Source: Eledone cirrhosa
Taxonomy: Eukaryota
Length of the DNA stretch: 64,000 nucleotides
Assembly: GCA_964016885.1 (NCBI GenBank)
Contig: OZ024750.1
Location: forward strand, 41,664,001 to 41,728,000
Reading direction: 5' to 3'
Part shown: piece by piece, positions 41,580 to 55,100 of the stretch
How the letters are laid out: each line of letters starts with the position of its first letter
How positions within the stretch are numbered: position 1 is the stretch's first letter
Position numbers and translations under genes: made by a program
Notes under the pieces: model-generated
What the model was told of the DNA's origin: nothing
Database searches by the model: none
What the model saw: only the letters and a program-made list of their open reading frames with translations

Positions 41580-43920
41580 TCAGCTGTGGTGGGGAGTGAC
41601 AGACTCCAAACCCCAGTCTAGCTGGTATATCTCAGCTGTGGTAGGGAGTGACAGACTCTACACCCCAGTCTAGGTGGTATATCTCAGCTGTGGTAGGGAG
41701 TGACAGACTCTACACCCCAGTCTAGCTGGTATATCTCAGCTGTGGTGGGGAGGGACAGACTCTACTCCCCAGTCTAGGTGGTATATCTCAGCTGTGGTAG
41801 GGAGAGTTAGACTCTACACCCCAGTCTAGGTGGTATATCTCAATCTGTGGTGGGGACTGACAGACTCTACACCCCAGTCTAGCTGGTATATATCAGCTGT
41901 GGTAGGGAGTGACAGACTCTACACCCTAGTCTAGGTGGTATATCTCAGCTGTGGTAGGGAGTGACAGACTCTACACCCCAGTCTAGCTGGTATATCTCAG
42001 CTGTGGTAGGGAGTGACAGACTCTACACCCTAGTCTAGGTGGTATATCTCAGCTGTGGTGGGGAGTGACAGACTCTACACCCCACTCTAGGTGGTATATC
42101 TCAGCTGTGGTAGGGAGTGACAGACTCTACACCACAGTCTAGGGGGTATATCTCAGCTGGGAGTGACAGACTCTACACCCCAGTCTAGAGGGTATATCTC
42201 AGCTGTGGTAAGGAGTGACAGACTCTACACCCCAGTCTAGGTGGTATATCTCAGCTGTGGTAGGGAGTGGCAGACTCTACACCCCAGTCAAGGTGGCATA
42301 TCTCAGCTATGGTAGGGTGTGACAGACTCTACACCCCAGTCTAGGTGGTATACCTCAGCTGTGGTAGAGAGTGACAGACACCACACCCCAGTCTAGGTGG
42401 TATATCTCAGATGTGGTGGGGAGGGACAGACTCTACACCCCAGTCTAGGTGGTATATCTCAGCTGTGGTAGGGAGAGTTAGACTCTACACCCCAGTCTAG
42501 GTGGTATATCTCAGCTGTGGTGGGGACTGACAGACTCTACACCCCACTCTAGGTGGTATATCTCAGGTGTGGTAGGGAGTGACAGACTCTACACCCCAGT
42601 CTAGGTGGTATATCCAGGCTGTGGTGGGGAGTGACAGACTCTACACCCCAGTCTAGCTGGTATATCTCAGCTGTGGTAGGGAGTGGCAGACTCTACACCC
42701 CAGTCTAGGTGGTATACCTCAGCTGTGGTAGAGAGTGACAGACTCCACACCCCAGTCTAGGTGGTATATCTCAGCTGTGGTAGGGAGTGACAGACTCTAC
42801 ACCCCAGTCTAGGTGGTATATCTCAGCTGTGGCAGGGAGTGACAGACTCTGCACCCCAGTCTAGGTGGTATATCTCAAATGTGGTAGGAAGTGACAGATT
42901 TTACACCCCAGTCTAGGTGGTATATCTCACCTGTGGTAGGGAGTGACAGACTCTACACCCCAGTCTTGGTGGTATATCTCAGCTGTGGTGGGGAGTCACA
43001 GACGCTACACCCCAGTCTAGGTGGTATATCTCAGCTGTGGTTGGGAGAGGTAGACTCTACACCCCAGTCTAGGTGGTATATCTCAGCTGTGGTGGGGAGT
43101 GACAGACTCCAAACCCCAGTCTAGCTGGTATATCTCAGTTGTGGTAGGGAGTGACAGACTCTACACCCCAGTCTAGGTGGTATATCTCAGCTGTGGTAGG
43201 GAGTGACAGACTCTACACCCCAGTCTAGCTGGTATATCTCAGCTGTGGTGGGGAGGGACAGACTCTACTCCCCAGTCTAGGTGGTATATCTCAGCTGTGG
43301 TAGGGAGAGTTAGACTCTACACCCCAGTCTAGGTGGTATATCTCAATCTGTGGTGGGGACTGACAGACTCTACACCCCAGTCTAGCTGGTATATCTCAGC
43401 TGTGGTAGGGAGTGACAGACTCTACACCCTAGTCTAGGTGGTATATCTCAGCTGTGGTAGGGAGTGACAGACTCTACACCCCAGTCTAGCTGGTATATCT
43501 CAGCTGTGGTAGGGAGTGACAGACTCTACACCCTAGTCTAGGTGGTATATCTCAGCTGTGGTGGGGAGTGACAGACTCTACACCCCACTCTAGGTGGTAT
43601 ATCTCAGCTGTGGTAGGGAGTGACAGACTCTACACCACAGTCTAGGGGGTATATCTCAGCTGGGAGTGACAGACTCTACACCCCAGTCTAGAGGGTATAT
43701 CTCAGCTGTGGTAAGGAGTGACAGACTCTACACCCCAGTCTAGGTGGTATATCTCAGCTGTGGTAGGGAGTGGCAGACTCTACACCCCAGTCAAGGTGGC
43801 ATATCTCAGCTATGGTAGGGTGTGACAGACTCTACACTCCAGTCTAGGTGGTATACCTCAGCTGTGGTAGAGAGTGACAGACACCACACCCCAGTCTAGG
43901 TGGTATATCTCAGATGTGGT
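40909..43920. repeat. 1,503-bp tandem duplication (29 monomers)
   Basis: Offset 1503 for GGACAG 40921/42424, AGACTCCAAA 41601/43104, TCTACTCCCC 41761/43264 and ORF twins 41388/42891. About 6 substitutions between the copies. Confidence 0.9.
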
Positions 43921-46900
43921 AGGGAGTGACGGACTCTACACCCCAGTCTAGGTGGTATATCTCAGCTGTGGTAGGAAGTGACAGATTCTACACCCCAGTC
44001 TAGGTGGTATATCTCACCTGTGGTAGGGAGTGACAGACTCTACACCCCAGTCTTGGTGGTATATCTCAGCTGTGGTGGGGAGTCACAGACTCTACACCCC
44101 AGTCTAGGTGGTATATCTCAGCTGTGGTAGGGAGAGGTAGACTCTACACCCCAGTCTAGGTGGTATATCTCAGCTGTGGTGGGGAGTGACAGACTCTAAA
44201 CCCCAGTCTAGCTGGTATATCTCAGCTGTGGTAGGGAGTGACAGACTCTACACCCCAGTCTAGGTGGTACATCTCAGCTGTGGTAGGGAGTGACAGACTC
44301 TACACCCCAGTCTAGGTGGTATACCTCAGCTGTGGTAGAGAGTGACAGACCCCACACCCATGTCTAGGTGGTATATCTCAGCTGTGGTAGGGAGTGACAG
44401 ACTCTACACCCCAGTCTAGGTGGTATATCTCAGCTGTGGCAGGGAGTGACAGACATAAACCCCTGTCTTGGTGGTATATCTCAGCTGTGGCAGGGACTGA
44501 CAGACTCTACACCCCAGTCTAGGTGGTATATCTCAGCTGTGGTAGGGAGTGACAGACTCTACACCCCAGTCTAGCTGGTATATCTCAGCTGTGGTGGGGA
44601 GTGACAGACTCTACACCCCAGTCTAGGTGGTATATCTCAGCTGTGGTAGGGAGAGTTAGACTCTACACCCCAGTCTAGGTGGTATATCTCAGCTGTGGTG
44701 GGGACTGACAGACTCTACACTCCAGTCTAGCTGGTATATCTCAGCTGTGGTAGGGAGTGACAGACTCTACACCCTAGTCTAGGTGCTATATCTTAGCTGT
44801 GGTAGGGAGTGACAGACTCTACACCCCAGTCTAGCTGGTATATCTCAGCTGTGGTAGAGAGTGACAGACTCTACACCCTAGTCTAGGTGGTATATCTCAG
44901 CTGTGGTAGGGAGTGACAGACTCTACACCCCAGTCTAGGTGGTATATCTCAGCTGTGGTGGAGTGTGACAGACTCTACACCCCACTCTAGGTGGTATATC
45001 TCAGCTGTGGTAGGGAGTGACAGACTCTACACCCCAGTCTAGGTGGTATATCTCAGCTGTGGTAGGGAGTGACAGACTCTACACCCCAGCCTAGCTGGTA
45101 TATCTCAGCTGTGGTGGGGAGGGACAGACTCTACACCCCAGTCTAGGTGGTATATCTCAGCTGTGGTAGGGAGAGTTAGACTCTACACCCCAGTCTAGGT
45201 GGTATATCTCAATCTGTGGTGGGGACTGACAGACTCTACACCCCAGTCTAGCTGGTATATCTCAGCTGTGGTAGGGAGTGACAGACTCTACACCCTAGTC
45301 TAGGTGGTATATCTCAGCTGTGGTAGGGAGTGACAGACTCTACACCCCAGTCTAGCTGGTATATCTCAGCTGTGGTAGGGAGTGACAGACTCTACACCCT
45401 AGTCTAGTTGGTATGTCTCAGCTGTGGTACGGAGTGACAGACTCTACACCCCAGTCTAGGTGGTATATCTCAGCTGTGGTGGGGAGTGACAGACTCTACA
45501 CCCCACTCTAGGTGGTATATCTCAGCTGTGGTAGGGAGTGACAGACTCTACACCACAGTCTAGGGGGTATATCTCAGCTGGGAGTGACAGACTCTACACC
45601 CCAGTCTAGGTGGTATATCTCAGCTGTGGTAGGGAGTGGCAGACTCTACACCCCAGTCAAGGTGGCATATCACAGCTATGGTAGGGTGTGACAGACTCTA
45701 CACCTCAGTCTAGGTGGTATACCTCAGCTGTGGTAGAGAGTGACAGACTCCACACCCCAGTCTAGGTGGTATATCTCAGCTGTGGTAGGGAGTGACAGAC
45801 TCTACACCCCAGTCTAGGTGGTATATCTCAGCTGTGGTAGGGAGTGGCATACTCTACACGCCAGTCTAGGTGGTATATCTCAGCTGTGGTAGGGAGTGAC
45901 AGATTCTACACCACAGTCTAGAGAGTATATCTCAGCTGTGGTAGGGAGTGACAGACTCTACACCCCGGTCTAGGTGGTATATCTCAGCTGGGAGTGAAAG
46001 ACTCTACACCCCAGTATAGAGGGTATATCTCAGCTGTGGTAAGGAGTGGCAGACTCTACACCCCAGTCAAGGTGGCATATCTCAGCTATGGTAGGGTGTG
46101 ACAGACTCTACACCTCAGTCTAGGTGGTATACCTCAGCTGTGGTAGAGAATGACACACTCTACACCCTAGTCTAGGTGGTATATCTCAGCTGTGGTAGGG
46201 AGTGACAGACTCTACACCCCAGTCTAGGTGGTATATCTCAGCTGTGGTGGGGTGTGACAGACTCTACACCCCACTCTAGGTGGTATATCTCAGCTGTGGT
46301 AGGGAGTGACAGACTCTACACCCCAGTCTAGGTGGTATATCTCAGCTGTGGTGGGGAGTGACAGACTCTACACCCCAGTCTAGGTAGTATATCTCAGCTG
46401 TGGTAGGGAGAGGTAGACTCTACACCCCAGTCTAGGTGGTATATCTCAGCTGTGGTGGGGATTCACAGACTCTAAACCCCAGTCTAGCTGGTATATCTCA
46501 GCTGTGGTAGGGAGTGACAGACTCTACACCCCAGTCTAGGTGGTATATCTCAGTTGTGGTAGGGAGTGACAGATTCTACACCACTGTCTAGAGGGTATAT
46601 CTCAGCTGTGGTAGGGATAGGCAGACTCTACACCCCAGTCTAGGTGGTATATCTCAGCTGTGGTAGGGAGTGACAGACTCCACACCCCAGTCTAGGTGGT
46701 ATATCTCAGCTGGGAGTGACAGACTCTACACCCCAGTCTAGAGGTTATATCTCAGCTGTGGTAAGGAGTGACAGACTCTACACCCCAGTCTAGGTGGTTT
46801 ATCACAGCTGTGGTAGGGAGTGGCAGACTCTACACCCCAGTCTAGGTGGTATATCTCAGCTGTGGTAGGGAGTGACAGATCCTACACCCCAGTCTAGGTG

Positions 46901-48079
46901 GTATACCTCAGCTGTGGTAGAGAGTGACAGACTCTACACCCCAGTCTAGGTGGTATATCTCAGCTGTGGTAGGAAGTGACAGACTCTACACCCCAGTCTA
47001 GGTGGTATATCTCAGCTGGGAGTGACAGACTCTACACCCCAGTCTAGAGGGTATATCTCAGCTGTGGTAAGGAGTGACAGACTCTACACCCCAGTCTAGG
47101 TGGTATATCTCAGCTGTGGTGGGGACTGACAGACTCTACACCCCAGTCTAGGTGGTATATCTCAGCTGTGGTGGGGACTGACAGACTCTACACCCCAGTC
47201 TAGGTGGTATATCTCAGCTGTGGTAGGGAGTGACAGACTCTACACCCCAGTCTAGGTGGTATATCTCAGCTGGGAGTGACAGACTCTACACCCCAGTCCA
47301 GGTGGTATATCTCAGCTGTGGTAAGGAGTGACAGACTCTACACCCCAGTCTAGGTGGTATATCTCAGCTGGGAGTGAGGACTCTACACCCCAGTCTAGGT
47401 GGTATATCTCAGCTGTGGTAGAGAGTGACAGACTCCACACCCCAGTCTAGGTGGTATATCTCAGCTGTGGTAGGGAGTGACAGACTCTACACCCCAGTCT
47501 AGGTGATATATCTCAGCTGGGATTGACAGACTCTACACCCCAGTCCAGGTGGTATATCTCAGCTGTGGTAGGGAGTGACAGACTCTACACCCCAGTCAAG
47601 GTGGCATATCTCAGCTATGGTAGGGTGTGACAGACTCTACACCCCAGTCTAGGTGGTATACCTCAGCTGTGGTAGAGAGTGACAGACTCCACACCCCGGT
47701 CTAGGTGGTATATCTCAGCTGTGGTAGGGAGTGACAGACTCTACACCCCAGTCTAGGTGGTATATCTCAGCTGTGGCAGGGAGTGACAGACTCTGCACCC
47801 CAGTCTAGGTGGTATATCTCAGCTGTGGTAGGAAGTGACAGATTCTACACCCCAGTCTAGGTGGTATATCTCACCTGTGGTAGGGAGTGACATACTCTAC
47901 ACACCAGTCATGGTGGTATATCTCAGCTGTGGTGGGGAGTCACAGACTCTACACCCCAGTCTAGGTGGTATATCTCAGCTGTGGTAGGGAGAGGTAGACT
48001 CTACACCCCAGTCTAGGTGGTATATCTCAGCTGTGGTGGGGAGTGACAGACTCTAAACCCCAGTCTAGCTGGTATATCT

Positions 48080-51000
48080 CAGCTGTGGCAGGGAGTGACA
48101 GACATAAACCCCTGTCTTGGTGGTATATCTCAGCTGTGGCAGGGACTGACAGACTCTACACCCCAGTCTAGGTGGTATATCTCAGCTGTGGTAGGGAGTG
48201 ACAGACTCTACACCCCAGTCTAGCTGGTATATCTCAGCTGTGGTGGGGAGTGACAGACTCTACACCCCAGTCTAGGTGGTATATCTCAGCTGTGGTAGGA
48301 AGTGACAGACTCTACACCCTAGTCTAGGTGGTATATCTCAGCTGTGGTAGGGAGTGACAGACTCTACACCCCAGTCTAGCTGGTATATCTCAGCTGTGGT
48401 AGAGAGTGACAGACTCTACACCCTAGTCTAGGTGGTATATCTCAGCTGTGGTAGGGAGTGACAGACTCTACACCCCAGTCTAGGTGGTATATCTCAGCTG
48501 TGGTGGGGAGTGACAGACTCTACACCCCACTCTAGGTGGTATATCTCAGCTGTGGTAGGGAGTGACAGACTCTACACCCCAGTCTAGGTGGTATATCTCA
48601 GCTGTGGTGGGGAGTGACAGACTCTACACCCCAGTCTAGGTGGTATATCTCAGCTGTGGCAGGGAGTGACAGACATAAACCCCTGTCTTGGTGGTATATC
48701 TCAGCTGTGGCAGGGACTGACAGACTCTACACCCCAGTCTAGGTGGTATATCTCAGCTGTGGTAGGGAGTGACAGACTCTACACCCCAGTCTAGCTGGTA
48801 TATCTCAGCTGTGGTGGGGAGTGACAGACTCTACACCCCAGTCTAGGTGGTATATCTCAGCTGTGGTGGGGACTGACAGACTCTACACCCCAGTCTAGCT
48901 GGTATATCTCAGCTGTGGTAGGGAGTGACAGACTCTACACCCTAGTCTAGGTGGTATATCTCAGCTGTGGTAGAGAGTGACAGACTCTACACCCTAGTCT
49001 AGGTGGTATATCTCAGCTGTGGTAGGGAGTGACAGACTCTACACCCCAGTCTAGGTGGTATATCTCAGCTGTGGTGGGGAGTGACAGACTCTACACCCCA
49101 CTCTAGGTGGTATATCTCAGCTGTGGTAGGGAGTGACAGACTCTACACCCCAGTCTAGGTGGTATATCTCAGCTGTGGTGGGGAGTGACAGACTCTACAC
49201 CCCAGTCTAGGTGGTATATCTCAGCTGTGGTAGAGAGAGGTAGACTCTACACCCCCGTCTAGGTGGTATATCTCAGCTGTGGTGGGGAGTCACAGACTCT
49301 AAACCCCAGTCTAGCTGGTATATCTCAGCTGTGGTAGGGAGTGACAGACTCTACACCCCAGTCTAGGTGGTATATATCAGTTGTGGTAGGGAGTGACAGA
49401 TTCTACACCACTGTCTAGAGGGTATATCTCAGCTGTGGTAGGGATTGGCAGACTCTACACCCCAGTCTAGGTGGTATATCTCAGCTGTGGTAGGGAGTGA
49501 CAGACTCCACACCCCAGTCTAGGTGGTATATCTCAGCTGGGAGTGACAGACTCTACACCCCAGTCTAGAGGTTATATCTCAGCTGTGGTAAGGAGTGACA
49601 GACTCTACACCCCAGTCTAGGTGGTTTATCTCAGCTGTGGTAGGGAGTGGCAGACACTACACCCCAGTCTAGGTGGTATATCTCAGCTGTGGTAGGGAGT
49701 GACAGATCCTACACACCAGTCTAGGTGGTATACCTCAGCTGTGGTAGAGAGTGACAGACTCTACACCCCAGTCTAGGTGGTATATCTCAGCTGGGAGTGA
49801 CAGACTCTACACCCCAGTCTAGAGGGTATATCTCAGCTGTGGTAGGGAGTGACAGACTCTACACCCCAGTCTAGGTGGTATATCTCAGTTGTGGTAGGGA
49901 GTGACAGATTCTACACCACAGTCTAGAGGGTATATCTCAGCTGTGGTAGGGAGTGGCAGACTCTACACTCCAGTCTAGGTGGTATATCTCAGCTGTGGTA
50001 GGGAGTGACAGACTCTACACCCCGGTCTAGGTGGTATATCTCAGCTGTGGTAGGGAGTGACAGACTCCACACCCCAGTCTAGGTGGTATATCTCAGCTGT
50101 GGTAGGGAGTGTCAGACTCTACACCCCAGTCTAGGTGGTATATCTCAGCTGTGATAGGGAGTGACAGACGCTACACCCCAGTCTAGGTGGTATACCTCAG
50201 CTGTGGTAGAGAGTGACAGACTCCACACCCCAGTCTAGCTGGTATATCTCAGCTGTGGCAGGGAGTGACAGACATAAACCCCTGTCTTGGTGGTATATCT
50301 CAGCTGTGGCAGGGACTGACAGACTCTACACCCCAGTCTAGGTGGTATATCTCAGCTGTGGTAGGGAGTGACAGACTCTACACCCCAGTCTAGCTGGTAT
50401 ATCTCAGCTGTGGTGGGGAGTGACAGACTCTACACCCCAGTCTAGGTGGTATATCTCAGCTGTGGTAGGGAGAGTTAGACTCTACACCCCAGTCTAGGTG
50501 GTATATCTCAGCTGTGGTGGGGACTGACAGACTCTACACCCGAGTCTAGCTGGTATATCTCAGCTGTGGTAGGGAGTTACAGACTCTACACCCTAGTCTA
50601 GGTTGTATATCTCAGCTGTGGTAGGGAGTGACAGACTCTACACCCCAGTCTAGCTGGTATATCTCAGCTGTGGTAGAGAGTGACAGACTCTACACCCTAG
50701 TCTAGGTGGTATATCTCAGCTGTGGTAGGGAGTGACAGACTCTACACCCCAGTCTAGGTGGTATATCTCAGCTGTGGGGGGGGAGTGACAGACTCTACAC
50801 CCCACTCTAGGTGGTATATCTCAGCTGTGGTAGGGAGTGACAGACTCTACACCCCAGTCTAGGTGGTATATCTCAGCTGTGGTGGGGAGTGACAGACTCT
50901 ACACCCCAGTCTAGGTGGTATATCTCAGCTGTGGCAGGGAGTGACAGACATAAACCCCTGTCTTGGTGGTATATCTCAGCTGTGGCAGGGACTGACAGAC

Positions 51001-52120
51001 TCTACACCCTAGTCTAGGTGGTATATCTCAGATGTGGTAGGGAGTGACAGACTCTACACCCCAGTCTAGCTGGTATATCTCAGCTGTGGTGGGGAGTGAC
51101 AGACTCTACACCCCAGTCTAGGTGGTATATCTCAGCTGTGGTAGGGAGAGTTAGACTCTACACCCCACTCTAGGTGGTATATCTCAGCTGTGGTAGGGAG
51201 TGACAGACTCTACACCCCAGTCTAGGTGGTATATCTCAGCTGTGGTGGTGAATGACAGACTCTACACCCCAGTCTAGGTGGTATATCTCAGCTGTGGTAG
51301 GGAGAGGTAGACTCTACACCCCAGTCTAGGTGGTATATCTCAGCTGTGGTGGGGAGTCACAGACTCTACACCCCAGTCTAGGTGGTATATCTCAGCTGTG
51401 GCAGGGAGTGACAGACTCTACACCCCACTCTAGGTGGTATATCTCAGCTGTGGTAGGGAGTGACAGACTCTACACCCCAGTCTAGGTGGTATATCTCAGC
51501 TGTGGTGGGGAGTGACAGACTCTACACCCCAGTCTAGGTGGTATATCTCAGCTGTGGCAGGGAGTGACAGACATAAACCCCTGTCTTGGTGGTATATCTC
51601 AGCTGTGGCAGGGACTGACAGACTCTACACCCCAGTCTAGGTGGTATATCTCAGCTGTGGTAGGGAGTGACAAACTCTACACCCCAGTCTAGCTGGTATA
51701 TCTCAGCTGTGGTGGGGAGTGACAGACTCTACACCCCAGTCTAGGTGGTATATCTCAGCTGTGGTAGGGAGAGTTAGACTCTACACCCCAGTCTAGGTGG
51801 TATATCTCAGCTGTGGTGGGGACTGACAGACTCTACACCCCAGTCTAGCTGGTATATCTCAGCTGTGGTAGGGAGAGACAGACTCTACACCCTAGTCTAG
51901 GTGGTATATCTCAGCTGTGGTAGGGAGTGACAGACTCTACACCCCAGTCTAGCTGGTATATCTCAGCTGTGGTAGAGAGTGACAGACTCTACACCCTAGT
52001 CTAGGTGGTATATCTCAGCTGTGGTAGGGAGTGACAGACTCTACACCCCAGTCTAGGTGGTATATCTCAGCTGTGGTGGGGAGTGACAGACTCTACACCC
52101 CACTCTAGGTGGTATATCTC
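48080..52120. repeat. Short 11-13-monomer higher-order units headed by the 51-bp GACATAAACCCCTGTCTTGG variant
   Basis: Marker at 48101, 48672 (+571), 50271, 50947 (+676) and 51570 (+623). Each is followed by a similar order of GCAGGGACTG, TAGCTGG, CCCTAG and CCCACTCTAG monomers. Confidence 0.8.
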
Positions 52121-55100
52121 AGCTGTGATAGGGAGTGACAGACTCTACACCCCAGTCTAGGTGGTATATCTCAGCTGTGGTGGGGAGTGACAGACTCTAC
52201 ACCCCAGTCTAGGTGGTATATCTCAGCTGTGGTAGGGAGAGGTAGACTCTACACCCCAGTCTAGGTGGTATATCTCAGCTGTGGTTGGGAGTCACAGACT
52301 CTAAACCCCAGTCTAGCTGGTATATCTCAGCTGTGGTAGGGAGTGACAGACTCTACACCCCAGTCTAGGTGGTATATCTCAGTTGTGGTAGGGAGTGACA
52401 GATTCTACACCACTGTCTAGAGGGTATATCTCAGCTGTGGTAGGGATTGGCAGACTCTACACCCCAGTCTAGGTGGTATATCTCAGCTGTGGTAGGGAGT
52501 GACAGACTCCACACCCCAGTCTAGGTGGTATATCTCAGCTGGGAGTGACAGACTCTACACCCCAGTCTAGGTGGTTTATCTCAGCTGTGGTAGGGAGTGG
52601 CAGACACTACACCCCAGTCTAGGTGGTATATCTCAGCTGGGAGTGAAAGACTCTCCACCCCAGTCTAGAGGGTATATCTCAGCTGTGGTAAGGAGTGACA
52701 GATTCCAAACCCCAGTCTAGGTGGTATATCTCAGCTGTGGTAGGGAGTGTCAGACTCTACACCCCAGTCTAGGTGGTATATCTCAGCTGTGATAGGGAGT
52801 GACAGACGCTACACCCCAGTCTAGGTGGTATACCTCAGCTGTGGTAGAGAGTGACAGACTCCACACCCCAGTCTAGGTGGTATATCTCAGCTGTGGTGGG
52901 GAGTGACAGACTCTACACCCCACTCTAGGTGGTATATCTCAGCTGTGGTAGGGAGTGACAGACTCTACACCCCAGTCTAGGTGGTATATCTCAGCTGTGG
53001 TGGGGAGTCACAGACTCTAAACCCCAGTCTAGCTGGTATATCTCAGCTGTGGTAGGGAGTGACAGACTCTACACCCCAGTCTAGGTGGTATATCTCAGCT
53101 GTGGTGGGGACTGACAGACTCTACACCCCAGTCTAGCTGGTATATCTCAGCTGTGGTAGGGAGTGACAGACTCTACACCCTAGTCTAGGTGGTATATCTC
53201 AGCTGTGGTGTGGAGTGACAGACTCTACACCCCAGTCTAGGTGGTATATCTCAGCTGTGGCAGGGAGTGACAGACTCCACCCCCCAGTCTAGGTGGTATA
53301 TCTCAGCTGTGGTAGGGAGTAACAGACTTTACACCCCAGTCTTGGTGGTATATCTCAGCTGTGGTGGGGAGTGACAGATTCTACACCCCAGTCTAGGTGG
53401 TATATCTCAGCTGTGGTAGTGAGAGGTAGACTCTACACCCCAGTCTAGGTGGTATATCTCAGCTGTGGCAGGGAGTGACAGACATAAACCCCAGTCTTGG
53501 TGGTATATCTCAGCTGTGGCAGGGACTGCCAGACTCTACACCCCAGTCTAGCTGGTATATCTCAGCTGTGGTGGGGAGTGACAGACTCTACACCCCAGTC
53601 TAGGTGGTATATCTCAGCTGTGGTAGGGAGAGTTAGACTCTACACCCCAGTCTAGGTGGTATATCTCAGCTGTGGTGGGGACTGACAGACTCTACACCCC
53701 AGTCTAGCTGGTATATCTCAGCTGTGGTAGGGAGTGACGGACTCTACACCCTAGTCTAGGTGGTATATCTTAGCTGTGGTAGGGAGTGACAGACTCTACA
53801 CCCCAGTCTAGCTGGTATATCTCAGCTGTGGTAGGGAGTGACAGACTCTACACCCTAGTCTAGGTGGTATATCTCAGCTGTGGTAGGGAGTGACAGACTC
53901 TACACCCCAGTCTAGGTGGTATATCTCAGCTGTGGTGGGGAGTGACAGACTCTACACCCCACTCTAGGTGGTATATCTCAGCTGTGGCAGGGAGTGACAG
54001 ACTCTACACCCCAGTCTAGGGGGTATATCTCAGCTGTGATAGGGAGTGACAGACTCTACACCCCAGTCTAGGTGGTATATCTCAGCTGGGAGTGACAGAC
54101 TCTACACCCCAGTCTAGGTGGTATATCTCAGCTGTGGCAGGGAGTGACAGACTCTACACCCCAGTCTAGGTGGTATATCTCAGCTGTGGTAGGGAGTGGC
54201 AGACTCTACACCCCAGTCTGGGTGGTATATCTCAGCTGTGGTAGGGAGTGACAGACTCTACACCCCAGTCTAGGTGGTATATCTCAGCTGTGGTAGGGAG
54301 TGACAGACTCCACAGCCCAGTCTAGGTAGTATATCTCAGCTGGGAGTGACAGACTCTACACCCCAGTCTAGAGGGTATATCTCAGCTGTGGTAAGGAGTG
54401 ACAGACTCTACACCCCAGTCTAGGTGGTATATCTCAGCTGTGGTGTGGAGTGACAGACTCTACACCCCAGTCTAGGTGGTATATCTCAGCTGTGGCAGGG
54501 AGTGACAGACTCCACCCCCCAGTCTAGGTGGTATATCTCAGCTGTGGTGGGGAGTGACAGACTCTACACCCCACTCTAGGTGGTATATCTCAGCTGTGGC
54601 AGGGAGTGACAGACATAAACCCCAGTCTTGGTGGTATATCTCAGCTGTGGCAGGGACTGCCAGACTCTACACCCCAGTCTAGCTGGCATATCTCAGCTGT
54701 GGTGGGGAGTGACAGACTCTACACCCCAGTCTAGGTGGTATATCTCAGCTGTGGTAGGGAGAGTTAGACTCTACACCCCAGTCTAGGTGGTATATCTCAG
54801 CTGTGGTGGGGACTGACAGACTCTACACCCCAGTCTAGCTGGTATATCTCAGCTGTGGTAGGGAGTGACGTACTCTACACCCTAGTCTAGGTGGTATATC
54901 TTAGCTGTGGTAGGGTGTGACAGACTCTACACCCCAGTCTAGCTGGTATATCTCAGCTGTGGTAGGGAGTGACAGACTCTACACCCTAGTCTAGGTGGTA
55001 TATCTCAGCTGTGGTAGGGAGTGACAGACTCTACACCCCAGTCTAGGTGGTATATCTCAGCTGTGGTGGGGAGTGACAGACTCTACACCCCACTCTAGGT

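Noticed and set aside
371-43124. Eight 60-77 aa ORFs in the supplied track (371, 4826, 11777, 36521, 38694, 39214, 41388, 42891)
   Set aside because: They are translations of the repeat, opening at GTG codons where variants happen to remove stops. The consensus has + strand stops at monomer positions 4, 27 and 34 with the frame shifting every unit (52 mod 3 = 1), and stops in all three minus-strand frames. The ORFs recur only because of the DNA duplications.
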